Position numbers and translations under genes: made by a program. A stretch of DNA of 64,000 nt from Alphaproteobacteria bacterium (GTDB lineage Bacteria; Pseudomonadota; Alphaproteobacteria; Bin95), in NCBI GenBank assembly GCA_965205265.1, contig CBDBGH010000003.1, positions 3,648,001 to 3,712,000 on the forward strand, read 5' to 3'. This document shows positions 16,182 through 25,524 of the stretch, one piece after another; the first letter of the stretch is position 1; each line of letters begins with the position of its first letter. Below the pieces are notes generated by a model. The model searched no databases, was not told where the DNA came from, and saw only the letters and a list, made by a program, of their open reading frames with translations.

Positions 16182-16595
16182 ATGGCTCACACGCGAATCC
16201 GGAAATTCAATACGGCGGACACCTACCCGGAGCAGAACCTCGACAACGATCTTTGCCAGGCCGTTGTCGCGCGCGGGCGCATGGTTTTCCTGCGCGGCCA
16301 ATGTCCGCAGAGCCTCGAGGACGGCGCGAGCATCGACAGCCACGATCCGGTGGAGCAGACGCACGAGGTCATGCGGAACATAAGGCAGTTGATCGAGGAG
16401 GCCGGCGGCTCGATGGAGCATCTGGTCAAGATCGTTGTCTATCTGACCGATATCCGTCACCGCGAGCCGGTCTATCGGACCATGGGCCAGTATCTCAAGG
16501 GCATCCATCCGGTCTCGACCGGGCTCGTGGTTCAGGCGCTGGCGCGGCCGGAATGGCTGGTCGAGATCGACGGCACCGCCGTCATTCCGGATTGA
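16182..16595 (+). CDS. RidA family protein
   Basis: HTRIRKFNT..TYPEQ.LDNDLCQAV, LRGQ, PVSTG, EWLVEIDGTA. Confidence 0.9.
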   Translation: MAHTRIRKFNTADTYPEQNLDNDLCQAVVARGRMVFLRGQCPQSLEDGASIDSHDPVEQTHEVMRNIRQLIEEAGGSMEHLVKIVVYLTDIRHREPVYRTMGQYLKGIHPVSTGLVVQALARPEWLVEIDGTAVIPD

Positions 16596-16641
16596 GGAGG
16601 AATTTCATGGCGAAGCTCAGCAGCGAACGGGAGCGCGCCGC

Positions 16642-17316
16642 GTGACGTTCTCCATTGCCGCGCGCTGCGCCGACACGGGCATGTTCGGCGTTGCCGTCTC
16701 ATCGTCCTCCCCGGCGGTCGCCGCGCGTTGCGCCTATGTGCGCAACGGGGTCGGCGCCGCACTCAGCCAGAATGTCACCGATCCGCGCCTGGGCGAGCGG
16801 ATCCTCGACCTGATGGCGCTGGGCGCGAGCGCCGCGAATGCGGTCGGGACGGTGTCCGAAACAAGCCCCCATATTCAGTATCGACAATTGCTCGCGGTTG
16901 ACGGCGCCGGGAGGGCGGCCGTTTTCTCCGGCTCCAACGCACTCGGAAATGTGGGCGAGGCATCGGGACCGGATGTCGCGAGCGCCGGCAACCTGCTGTC
17001 GGTCGACACGATTCCGCGAACCATCGTCGAGGCGTTTCTCGCGAGCGGGGGACATCTCGCCGACCGCCTGCTTGCCGCCATGCAGGCCGCGGTGGATGCC
17101 GGCGGCGAAGCCGGTCCCGTCCACTCCGCCGGCATGAAGCTCGCGGGCGAGGTCCCCTGGCCGGTCGTCGATCTGCGCGTGGACTGGACCGAAGGCTGTC
17201 CGGTCGCGGAACTCGCGCAGGTCTGGAAGGTCTATGCCCCGCAGCTCGACGACTATGTGACCCGCGCTCTCGACCCCTCCAGGGCCCCGAATTACGGCGT
17301 GCCCGGCGACCGGTAA
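16642..17316 (+). CDS. DUF1028 domain protein (Ntn-hydrolase-like)
   Basis: TFSIAARC...GVAVSS, GGE.GPVHSAG, DLRVDW. Confidence 0.85.
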   Translation: MTFSIAARCADTGMFGVAVSSSSPAVAARCAYVRNGVGAALSQNVTDPRLGERILDLMALGASAANAVGTVSETSPHIQYRQLLAVDGAGRAAVFSGSNALGNVGEASGPDVASAGNLLSVDTIPRTIVEAFLASGGHLADRLLAAMQAAVDAGGEAGPVHSAGMKLAGEVPWPVVDLRVDWTEGCPVAELAQVWKVYAPQLDDYVTRALDPSRAPNYGVPGDR

Positions 17317-17344
17317 GCCGGCCCCGGGCGCTCCGCCCGGCCTG

Positions 17345-18385
17345 TTACGACTGTTTCCGGGCGAGCCGCGCACCCTCGACCATGGCCTTCAGTTTCGCCC
17401 TCGCGACCGGCAGCGACAGCGGGACCAGCCCGCAATCCGGTGCCGCCTGGATCTGCGCGGCCGGCAGGTGCTTCGCGGCTTCCAGCAGCTTTCCCGCGAC
17501 ATATTCCGGCGTTTCCACCTCGTCGATGCCGTTGTCGATGCAGCCGAACATGACCGTCTTGGAGGGGCAGAGGCGAAGCAGCGCGGGGTCCAGGCGCGAC
17601 GCCTCGAACTCAAGCGCCAATTGATCGACCCTGGAGCCTTCCAGCGCCTCCAGAATCACCGGATAGCTGTCCATGATCGGCCGGGGCACGCCGGGCATCG
17701 GGTAGCTGTAGCAGACATGCGCGGCCGTCAGCGTGTTCTCGATGCCCTCCAGACACCGGTCCAGCGCCGCGATGCCCCATTCCCTGACCTTGTCGGGATA
17801 GCGGCTGAACACCGGCTCGTCGAACTGGATGACGGCCGCGCCCATCCCGTCGAGCTCGCGCGCCTCCGCGTTGAGGGCGTCGGCCACATCCATCGCCATC
17901 GCCGCCTCGTCGCCGTAATGCTCGTCGGCCGTCGAATCGACCACGGTCATCGGCCCCGGCATCGTGATCTTCACCGGCCGGTCGGTCTCCGCCAGCATGA
18001 ATTTGAGATCGTCCGCAAGCATCGGCTCGGTGCGCCGCACGGGGCCGGTGCAGCGGCCGACCTCCGCCAGCCGGCGTCGGTTCCGGGTCCATTTCTTCGC
18101 CAGCGTCTCGTAGTCGAACCCGCTAAGGCGCATGGTGATATAGGTGAGGTAGGAACGCCGCCGCTGCTCGCCGTCGCTGACGATATCGATCCCGGCGGCC
18201 TCCTGGTCGTGCAGGGTCACCCGGGTCGCGTCGTCCATCGCCTCGGACAGCAGATCGCCCGAGAAGACCCAGTCCGCACCCTTGCCGTGAACCTGCTTGC
18301 CCGTCTCGTTGAGCGGCACCTGCTCCATCAGCCAGGCCGGCTTCGGCATGGACCCCACGACCGTGGTGAGAAACGGTTCCGTCAT
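17345..18385 (-). CDS. Core (single-barrel) MetE-family methionine synthase-like protein
   Basis: TTVVGSMPKP, SDGEQRR, QFDEP, HVC, LEF and PDCG Zn ligands; 346 aa, no N-terminal folate barrel. Confidence 0.85.
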   Translation of the reverse strand: MTEPFLTTVVGSMPKPAWLMEQVPLNETGKQVHGKGADWVFSGDLLSEAMDDATRVTLHDQEAAGIDIVSDGEQRRRSYLTYITMRLSGFDYETLAKKWTRNRRRLAEVGRCTGPVRRTEPMLADDLKFMLAETDRPVKITMPGPMTVVDSTADEHYGDEAAMAMDVADALNAEARELDGMGAAVIQFDEPVFSRYPDKVREWGIAALDRCLEGIENTLTAAHVCYSYPMPGVPRPIMDSYPVILEALEGSRVDQLALEFEASRLDPALLRLCPSKTVMFGCIDNGIDEVETPEYVAGKLLEAAKHLPAAQIQAAPDCGLVPLSLPVARAKLKAMVEGARLARKQS

Positions 18386-18564
18386 GGCGGCCTGCCCCCG
18401 TCGATCAGTCCGTTTCCAACGTTAGTGCATTGCCGGCTTCTCCGCCACTTCGCCAAGCCCCTGCCGCAGATGCGCTTTCCCGCACGCAACATCCGGTTGC
18501 GCCTACTGCCCGCAGGCGAACCGGGCTAGGATTGCGCCTGTCCGACCATGGCGGGAGAAGCGGG

Positions 18565-19869
18565 GTGGATATCGCGGCCCTGCGCGCGGCCGGCGCGCGC
18601 CACCTGATCCAGAGCGAGCTGCTGTCGGACGTGGTGCCGGCCATCGAGGGGCCGGTGTTCGTCCGGGCCGAGGGCGCCGAGATCTTCGATGCGGAAGGCC
18701 GAGCCTTTCTCGACTTCAACTCAGGCCAGATGTGCTCGGCGCTCGGCCACAACAATCCGCGCGTGACCGCCGCCGTGCGCGAGGGCCTCGGCACGCTGAC
18801 CCATGCGAGCTCGGTCTATTTCAACGCGCCGCAGCTTCTCCTCGCCGCGCGCCTGGCGGAGACCTTCGATGCGCCGCTCACCCGCTCGCTCTTCATCCAG
18901 TCCGGCGCCGACTCCAACGAGGCCGCGCTCTTGTTCGCGCGCCGCGCGACCGGGCGCACGGGCATCGGCGCGCTGCATCTGAGCTTCCACGGCTATACGG
19001 ACGTGACGCGCGCGATCAGCTTCGCCGCGGCCACGCAAGGGAACGGGCCGGCGATCCCGGAAGTGTTCGCGATTCCCGCGCCCTATGCCTACCGCTCGCC
19101 CGTGCCCGCCGAGGGCGAGGACTGGTGGCGCCCGCTGCTCGCCATCGCCTTCGACCTGCTCGACCGCGAATGCCCGGACAACCTCGCCGCCGTCATCGCC
19201 GAGCCGCTCATCAGCGCCGGCGGCGTCATCGAAATGCCGCCGGGCTACCTCAGGGCGCTCAAGGCGGGGCTGGAGGAGCGGGGCGCGCTGCTGATCCTCG
19301 ACGAAGCGCAGACCGGGCTCGGCAAGCTCGGCAGCATGTATGCCTACCGGCAGCACGGGGTCGTGCCGGACATCATGACGCTCTCCAAGCATTTCGGCGG
19401 CGGGCTGCCCATCAGCGCCATGGTGACGACCGATGCGATCGCCGAACGCGCGCTGGAAGGCGGGCTCACCTTCGGCCATTCGCACTCCTCCGACCCCATC
19501 GCCTGTACGGCGGGCCTTGCCAGCCTCGACGAAATCCTGGAAGAGGACGTGCCGGCGAAGGCCCGCGCCATCGGCGCCCGCTGGCTGGCCGGCATGGAGA
19601 GCCTCATGCAGCGCTTTGCGATCATCGGGGACCTCCGCGGCAGGGGCTGCCTGCAGGGGGTGGAGCTGGTGCGCGACCGCGCCACGAAGGAGCCGGCGAG
19701 CCGGGAGGCGCAGGACATCTACCGCGACTGCCTCGCCAACGGCCTGCTCTTCTCGGTGCGGGGCCAGCACGGCAATGTGCTCCGCTTCGTGCCGCCCTTC
19801 TGCTCCAGCGGCGAGCAGATCGACCGCGCTATTTCGATCCTGGAGGGTGCGCTCGCCCGCCACGGCTGA
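18565..19869 (+). CDS. Class III PLP aminotransferase, 2,2-dialkylglycine decarboxylase-like
   Basis: DFNSGQM, GADSNEAA, SFHG, DEAQTG, SKHFGGG (PLP Lys); GTG start estimated. Confidence 0.85.
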   Translation: MDIAALRAAGARHLIQSELLSDVVPAIEGPVFVRAEGAEIFDAEGRAFLDFNSGQMCSALGHNNPRVTAAVREGLGTLTHASSVYFNAPQLLLAARLAETFDAPLTRSLFIQSGADSNEAALLFARRATGRTGIGALHLSFHGYTDVTRAISFAAATQGNGPAIPEVFAIPAPYAYRSPVPAEGEDWWRPLLAIAFDLLDRECPDNLAAVIAEPLISAGGVIEMPPGYLRALKAGLEERGALLILDEAQTGLGKLGSMYAYRQHGVVPDIMTLSKHFGGGLPISAMVTTDAIAERALEGGLTFGHSHSSDPIACTAGLASLDEILEEDVPAKARAIGARWLAGMESLMQRFAIIGDLRGRGCLQGVELVRDRATKEPASREAQDIYRDCLANGLLFSVRGQHGNVLRFVPPFCSSGEQIDRAISILEGALARHG

Positions 19870-19896
19870 AGGGCCGCCCGCGCGGGCTTCTTCGCG

Positions 19897-20643
19897 TCAG
19901 GGCGCGCCGCCGTCCACGCGGATGACGGAGCCGGTGGTGAAGCCGCTCGCGTCGGAAGCGAGGTAGAGGGCGGCGGTGACGATCTCTTCCGGCTCGCCGC
20001 TGCGCTGGAGCGCGGCCTCGGCATTGCGGCGCGTCTCCTCGTCCCAGGCCCTGGAAATGTCGGTGAGGAAGCGCCCCGGCATGATGGCGTTGACGCGCAC
20101 CTTCGGCGCATATTCGCGCGCGAACGCCTCCGTCACCGCGTTCAGCGCCGCCTTGGCGCCGGCATAGGGCGCAAGCTCCGGGCGCGGGCGGATGGCGCCG
20201 GTGCTGGAGATGTTGACCACCGACCCGCCCCGGCTCATCGCCATGGCCGTGCCGAGGATCGCCGTCAGCCGGAACGGCCCCTTGAAGTTGAGCGCGATCA
20301 CCTTGTCGAACAGCTCCTCCGGCGTTTCCAGCGAGGAGGGCGCAAGCGGCGAGGAGCCCGCATTGTTGACCAGCACGTCGATGCCGCCCGCCGCCGCCCA
20401 GGCCCGTTTCGCGAGGTCCTCCAGCGCATCCCAGTCCGAGACGTTGCAGGGCATCGCCCAGGCGCGCCGGCCGAGCGCCTCCACCTCCGCCGCCACGGCC
20501 CGGCAGGACTCCTCGCGGCGCGAGACGATGACGGCATCGGCCCCGCGCCGCGCGAAGGCCAGCACCATCTCGCGCCCGAGCCCGCGGCTGCCGCCGGTGA
20601 CGAGCACGGTCCTGCCGGTGAAGTCGAACAACGGGTCGGTCAT
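19897..20643 (-). CDS. Short-chain dehydrogenase/reductase
   Basis: TGGSRGLG, NNAG, YAGAK, VDGG. Confidence 0.95.
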   Translation of the reverse strand: MTDPLFDFTGRTVLVTGGSRGLGREMVLAFARRGADAVIVSRREESCRAVAAEVEALGRRAWAMPCNVSDWDALEDLAKRAWAAAGGIDVLVNNAGSSPLAPSSLETPEELFDKVIALNFKGPFRLTAILGTAMAMSRGGSVVNISSTGAIRPRPELAPYAGAKAALNAVTEAFAREYAPKVRVNAIMPGRFLTDISRAWDEETRRNAEAALQRSGEPEEIVTAALYLASDASGFTTGSVIRVDGGAP

Positions 20644-20784
20644 GGCTTCTGCTCCGGCCGTTCAACAAAAAGTGATTTTGCCGGACGCGGCGAACGGTCA
20701 AATTACACGCAAGGGGCTGCGCGCAGCAATGCGGCGGCGCCGGGACTACCCTGCTGAAACCCCGACAATCCGAAAGGAAGCAGA

Positions 20785-21078
20785 ATGACGACCTCGACAC
20801 TCAAGGGCCTCGCGGTCGCCAGCGCTGTCGCGGCGGCGCTCGCTATGCAGACCGCCACCCCGGCCGCGGCCGGCGACAAGGAGAAGTGCTACGGCGTCTC
20901 GCTGGCCGGCAAGAACGACTGCGCCGCCGGCCCCGGCACCACCTGCGCCGGAACCTCCACCGTCGATTACCAGGGCAATGCCTGGACGCTCGTGCCCAAG
21001 GGCACCTGCATGACCATGGAGCTGCCGGGAGACCGCAAGGGCTCCCTCGAGGCGCTCGACCGCGACCTTCCGAGCTGA
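20785..21078 (+). CDS. bufA1: Bufferin precursor BufA1 (DUF2282)
   Basis: Signal peptide, then [14 protein letters not shown]...CAG...W..VPKGTC (four Cys); lies upstream of a DUF692 gene. Confidence 0.9.
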   Translation: MTTSTLKGLAVASAVAAALAMQTATPAAAGDKEKCYGVSLAGKNDCAAGPGTTCAGTSTVDYQGNAWTLVPKGTCMTMELPGDRKGSLEALDRDLPS

Positions 21079-21090
21079 GGCCGGCGCCGC

Positions 21091-21118
21091 CCGCGTCCCG
21101 GATGCCTCCGGGACGCGG
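21091..21118 (+). terminator. Perfect 12-bp hairpin between bufA1 and bufB
   Basis: CCGCGTCCCGGA-TGCC-TCCGGGACGCGG; no U-tract. Confidence 0.55.
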
Positions 21119-21153
21119 CACGCCGGCCCCCGCCTGCCAGAAGAGGACCCGCG

Positions 21154-22011
21154 ATGGACGGCATGGACAGAGGGCGGGGCGGCCTGCCGCCCAGGGCCGG
21201 CGTCGGCTACAAGCCCCGGCACCTGGAAGACATCCTCGCCGCGCCCGGCCCGGTCTCCTGGGTGGAGATCCACGCTGAAAACTACATGGCGGACGGCGGC
21301 CCCGGGATCGCAGGACTCCGGCGGCTCGCGGAACGCTTCCCGGTCTCCTGCCACGGGGTCGGCCTTTCCATCGGCTCCGAAGGCCGGCTCGACGCCGAAC
21401 ATCTGGGCCGCCTGGCGCATCTGGTCTCGTGGCTCCGGCCCGCCAGCGTGTCCGAACATCTCGCCTGGTCCGGCCATGGCGGCGGCTATCTCGCCGACCT
21501 GCTGCCGCTGCCTTGCGACGAGGCGACGCTCGGGCGCGTTTCGGACCATATCGACGAAGTGCAGGAACGCCTCGGCCGCCCCATCCTGCTCGAAAACCCT
21601 TCGAACTATCTCTGCTTCTCCTCCAGCAGCATGGACGAGGTCGAGTTTCTGGGCGCAGTCGCCGCGCGCACCGGCTGCGGCCTCCTGCTCGATGTCAACA
21701 ATGTGCATGTCTCGGCGGTCAACGGAGCCTATGACGCGGAGGCCTATCTGGACGCCTTTCCGCTGGCCCTTGTCGGCGAAATCCATCTCGCCGGCCATAA
21801 AGTCGAGGCGGACGAGGGCGGCGGCCCGCTGCTGATCGACGCGCACAACAACCCCGTCGCCGATCCCGTCTGGGCGCTCTTCGCCCGCGTGCTCGCCCGC
21901 TCGGGGCCGTTGCCGACGCTGATCGAATGGGACAATGACGTGCCCGAATGGCCGGTGCTGGCCGCCGAGGCCGCGCGCGCCGAGGCCATACTGGCGGGCT
22001 GCCATGCCTGA
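21154..22011 (+). CDS. bufB: Multinuclear non-heme iron oxidase (DUF692), bufferin maturase
   Basis: EIHAENY, HGVGLS, SEHLAW, LENPS, LLLDVNN, EIHLAGH, IDAH, LIEWD. Confidence 0.95.
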   Translation: MDGMDRGRGGLPPRAGVGYKPRHLEDILAAPGPVSWVEIHAENYMADGGPGIAGLRRLAERFPVSCHGVGLSIGSEGRLDAEHLGRLAHLVSWLRPASVSEHLAWSGHGGGYLADLLPLPCDEATLGRVSDHIDEVQERLGRPILLENPSNYLCFSSSSMDEVEFLGAVAARTGCGLLLDVNNVHVSAVNGAYDAEAYLDAFPLALVGEIHLAGHKVEADEGGGPLLIDAHNNPVADPVWALFARVLARSGPLPTLIEWDNDVPEWPVLAAEAARAEAILAGCHA

Positions 22012-22762
22012 GTGGCAGGGCGCGTTCGCGGAGGCGCTGCTCGACCCGGCGAGGCCCCCGCCGCCGGACCTGGTCCGCCCGGACGGGCGGCCGGCGGGAC
22101 GGCGCTTCGACATCTACCGCAACAATGTCGTCGTGGTGCTCGTCGAAGCGCTCGGCGAGGCGTTTCCCGTCGTGCGGGCCCTTGTCGGGGAAGAATTCTT
22201 CGAGGCGATGGCGGGCGTTTATGTGCGCGCCCATCCGCCTTCCTCGCCGCGCATGATGTTCTACGGCGAAGGGTTCGCGCCCTTCCTCGAGAGCTTCCCG
22301 CCGGCGGCCGGCCTGCCCTACCTGTCGGACGTGGCGCGGCTCGAATATGCGCGCCGGCTGGCCTACCACGCGGCCGACGAGCCCGCCGTCGATCCCTCCG
22401 TGCTGGGGGAACTCGATGCGGCGGCGCTCATGGCGGCCCGCCTCTCGCTGCAGGCGGCCTGCCATGTGCTGCGCTCGGCGCATCCGGTCCATGCGATCTG
22501 GCGTTTCAACGCCACGGACGACAAGTCCCCGGTGCGGCCCGCCGCCGAGGACGTGCTGGTGTCGCGGCCGGAGGAGAGCGTGTTCGTGCAGCTTCTGCCG
22601 CCGGGCGGGGCCGCATTCCTGCTGGCGCTCCGGGCGGGCGAGCCGCTGGGCCATGCGGCGGAGCGCGCCGCGGCGGACGCGCCGGCCTTCGATCTCGGCG
22701 CCAACCTCGCCTCGGTCTTTTCCGCGCGCATCGTCAGCGCCATCTCAATTCAACAGGACTAG
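22004..22762 (+). CDS. bufC: DUF2063 partner protein of the MNIO
   Basis: RFDIYRNNV, FPV...VGEEFF, DVARLE, LRSAHPV..IW. Confidence 0.9.
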   Translation: MPEWQGAFAEALLDPARPPPPDLVRPDGRPAGRRFDIYRNNVVVVLVEALGEAFPVVRALVGEEFFEAMAGVYVRAHPPSSPRMMFYGEGFAPFLESFPPAAGLPYLSDVARLEYARRLAYHAADEPAVDPSVLGELDAAALMAARLSLQAACHVLRSAHPVHAIWRFNATDDKSPVRPAAEDVLVSRPEESVFVQLLPPGGAAFLLALRAGEPLGHAAERAAADAPAFDLGANLASVFSARIVSAISIQQD

Positions 22763-22777
22763 CCGGGAGACCCCGCG

Positions 22778-23329
22778 ATGAATGCCCTTTACCGCCTCGA
22801 AGACGCGATTCTCGGGCCGTTCGGACGGCTGCTGGACGGCGCCGTCATGGCGGCGCTCGCCCGCCTCGTTTTCCTGGCGACGCTCGCCCCCTTCTTCTGG
22901 TCTTCGGCCATGACCAAGCTGGGAGAGGGGATCGGCGGCATCTTCTCGCCCTCGGCCGGCGCCTATGTGCAGATCCTGCCGGCGCAGATGGAGGCCGCCG
23001 GCTATGACGAGTCGAAGCTCGGCCTCCTCGCGGATCTGGTCGTGCTCGCCGGCATGTGGGCGGAGTTCATCATTCCCGCGCTGATCGTGCTGGGCCTGTT
23101 CACCCGCGCCGCCAGCCTCGCGATGGTCGGCTTCATCCTGGTGATGAGCTTTGTCGATATCGCGGGCCACGGCGCGGACGCCGCCACGATCGGCATGTGG
23201 TTCGACAGAATTCCGGACGCGAAAATCATGGACCAGCGGCTCTTCTGGATCTTTGTGCTGCTCATCTCCATAGCCCGCGGCGCCGGCCCCCTCTCGCTGG
23301 ACGCCCTGCTGAAGCGCGGGAGCGGGTAG
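22778..23329 (+). CDS. bufD: DoxX-family membrane protein
   Basis: FFWSSAMTK, AEF..P.L..LGLFTR, GAGPLSLD. Confidence 0.85.
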   Translation: MNALYRLEDAILGPFGRLLDGAVMAALARLVFLATLAPFFWSSAMTKLGEGIGGIFSPSAGAYVQILPAQMEAAGYDESKLGLLADLVVLAGMWAEFIIPALIVLGLFTRAASLAMVGFILVMSFVDIAGHGADAATIGMWFDRIPDAKIMDQRLFWIFVLLISIARGAGPLSLDALLKRGSG

Positions 23330-23359
23330 GCCCATTCCTCGTTGGCTGCGGTTGCCGGT

Positions 23360-23392
23360 AATTCAGACCGGTCGTATAATCCGGTCTGAATT
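23360..23392 (+). promoter_or_regulatory. Toxin-antitoxin operator palindrome around a -10 box
   Basis: AATTCAGACCGG-tcgTATAAT-CCGGTCTGAATT, a perfect 12-bp inverted repeat 15 bp upstream of the antitoxin ATG. Confidence 0.75.
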
Positions 23393-23407
23393 GCGGGAGT
23401 GGTCCTT

Positions 23408-23650
23408 ATGGAGAGAATTGGCTCTTACGAAGCCAAGACGCATCCGTCGGCGCTGCTCAACCGGGTCGCGCAGGGCGAAAGCCTTACCGTCACGCGGCAC
23501 GGCAAGCCGGTAGCGAGGCCGGGTCCCGTTGCCGGCGACCGCGACCGCGCCCGGGAGGCGGCCGCGCGTATCGCCGAACGCCGCCGCCACCTGAAGCTCG
23601 CGCCTGTGTCGGAGTTGATGGAGACGATCCATGAGGGGCACCGCTATTGA
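23408..23650 (+). CDS. Phd/YefM family antitoxin
   Basis: MERIGSYEAKTH.SALL.RV..GE...VTRHGKPVAR; two prolines at normally hydrophobic positions suggest decay. Confidence 0.8.
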   Translation: MERIGSYEAKTHPSALLNRVAQGESLTVTRHGKPVARPGPVAGDRDRAREAAARIAERRRHLKLAPVSELMETIHEGHRY

Positions 23651-23766
23651 TGCCCATCGTCATCGACTGCTCCCTGCTTCCGGCCTGGAGCCTGGCTGAG
23701 GAGGAAGAAGAGGCAGCAACCGAAGCCATTCGCAGAACAGCGGCGCGCCGGCATGATGGAACCTGA
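23650..23766 (+). pseudogene. Truncated VapC/PIN toxin
   Basis: TGATG-coupled to the antitoxin; MPIVIDCSLLPAWSLAEE matches a PIN N-terminus, then stops at 38 aa. Confidence 0.7.
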
Positions 23767-23998
23767 TGAGATAACAGCCTTGGCGACGGTCGGTTTGATG
23801 CTGGCGACCTTCGTCACATGCTTCCTGATCTGGCGGGGGATCAAGGCGATGGATCGCTCGTCGGCCGAGCGGGCGAAGGATCGCCGCGAAGCCCGCGAAG
23901 CGGACCTTCGCCGCCATGACGAAGCGATGGCGGCTCTGCGGGCGTTGATCGAGCGCACGGCGCCGGCGCCTGCAGAGCGCGCGGGCGAGGCTGACTAG
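23753..23998 (+). CDS. Small hypothetical membrane-anchored protein
   Basis: One hydrophobic helix followed by a charged helical tail. Confidence 0.55.
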   Translation: MMEPDEITALATVGLMLATFVTCFLIWRGIKAMDRSSAERAKDRREAREADLRRHDEAMAALRALIERTAPAPAERAGEAD

Positions 23999-24003
23999 GT
24001 GTC

Positions 24004-24267
24004 GTGACGAAGCGTCTGCGGATTTCCGGCCAGTCGCAGACGCAGCAGCTTGCGGAGGCGCTTCGCGCCATGCACCGGCGCGCGGACGGCGGCGGCAAGT
24101 CAGAAGCCGTCATCCTGTTCGGGATTGTCTACAGCGCCGAGATCGAGGCTTGCGGCGAGAGCAAGGCGCAGCTTGTGAAGCGCGCCGGCATCGGCCCGAG
24201 CTATGTCACGAATATCGGTAGAGGCATGAACTTGGCGCGTGCCGGCGTCCGCGCGCCCGAATGCTGA
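24004..24267 (+). CDS. Small HTH-like hypothetical protein
   Basis: ILFGIVY..EI...LVKRAGIGPSY.T.I.RG.NLA, a helical HTH-like pattern. Confidence 0.55.
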   Translation: MTKRLRISGQSQTQQLAEALRAMHRRADGGGKSEAVILFGIVYSAEIEACGESKAQLVKRAGIGPSYVTNIGRGMNLARAGVRAPEC

Positions 24268-24654
24268 AATGCGCCCGGCGCAAAGGCGGCCCGGCTCAAA
24301 GGCGAGCCCGGCTCAATCCCGTCCAAAGCCGCGCGGAAGCTCCACATCAAGCTCGTCCAAGTCGAGTTCACACACGGCATCCAAGAGTTCGGCGGTCGGG
24401 CTTTCGGCGAGGCTCTCCGGGAGGCTGTCGCGCCAATCGCGATATTCGGCTTGCAGAGTCTGGAGAGTCTCGACGGCATCGGCCCGTCGCTGGAGCCGCG
24501 AGCGCTGGTCGGCCGGGGCGGTGGAGGCGGAGGGCGTGGCCCTGATCGGTCTTTCCGGCGAGGGGCGGTAACGGTCCGGGTCGCTTGACGAATTTACCGC
24601 GCGGGCCGGGCCGGGTTATCCTCGCGCCGAGGCATCGCCGGCAGGGAGGGCACG

Positions 24655-24948
24655 ATGGCGAAGGGTTACTGGGTGAGCTGCTACCGGTCGATCGCGAATC
24701 CCGACGCGCTGGCCGCCTATGCGAAGCTCGCGGGACCGGCGATAGAGGCCGGCGGCGGCAGGTTCCTCGCGCGCGGCGGGCGCGTGCAGGCCTATGAGGC
24801 GGGCGTCGCGGAGCGCACCGTGGTCGTCGAGTTCCCGAGCTTCGAGCAGGCCGTGGCGACCCATGACGGCGAGGCCTACCGGGCGGCTGCCGCAAAGCTC
24901 GAAGGCGCGGTCGAGCGCGACCTCAGGGTGGTCGAAGGCGTCGATTGA
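24655..24948 (+). CDS. DUF1330 domain protein
   Basis: GGRFLARGG, VVVEFPSFEQA, RDLRVVEG; GGAGG RBS. Confidence 0.9.
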   Translation: MAKGYWVSCYRSIANPDALAAYAKLAGPAIEAGGGRFLARGGRVQAYEAGVAERTVVVEFPSFEQAVATHDGEAYRAAAAKLEGAVERDLRVVEGVD

Positions 24949-25028
24949 CGCCGCGCCGGACGCGGTGACGGGCCGGGCCTGCAATGATAGTCTGGCCGCG
25001 AAACGGCGAACCGAGGAGGACCCGAATC

Positions 25029-25346
25029 ATGGCGGTAACCGCGATCGTCCGCATCCCGCTCTCTGCCGGCATGACGCGCGAGGCGGCGAGGGCCGCGTTC
25101 GAAGCATCCGCCCCGCGCTACCGCAGCGTCCGGGGGCTGGTGCGGAAATACTATCTCTTCTCCGAAGAATCGCGGACGGGCGGCGGCGTCTATCTGTTCG
25201 ACTCGCGGGAGGACGCCGAGCGGCTCTATGACGACGCCTGGAAGGCCAATATCCGCGAGCGCTACGGCGCCGAGCCGTCGATAGAGATCTTCGAGTCGCC
25301 GGTGATCGTGGACAACGACGCAGGCGCCATCTCCACCGCAGCCTGA
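25029..25346 (+). CDS. YdhR-family putative monooxygenase
   Basis: GLVRKYYL...GGGVYLF; GAGGAGG RBS. Confidence 0.8.
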   Translation: MAVTAIVRIPLSAGMTREAARAAFEASAPRYRSVRGLVRKYYLFSEESRTGGGVYLFDSREDAERLYDDAWKANIRERYGAEPSIEIFESPVIVDNDAGAISTAA

Positions 25347-25524
25347 CCCTTATCCCCGGCGACCGGCTCCTTCCGCAAAGGGAACCTCTCTCCGGGAGAG
25401 CCTGTTCGCGGACGCATCGAGGTCGGCGCCGCGAGGCATGTTCTCGACCAGCCACCGGCCCATGGGCGGGCGGGGCTGCGTCTTCGCATACCACTCGGCC
25501 GCGGGCACGACTACGAAGGCCCGT

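Noticed and set aside
16182-17316. RidA plus DUF1028 as a novel system
   Set aside because: A familiar gene pairing in proteobacteria; nothing unusual here beyond unknown substrate.
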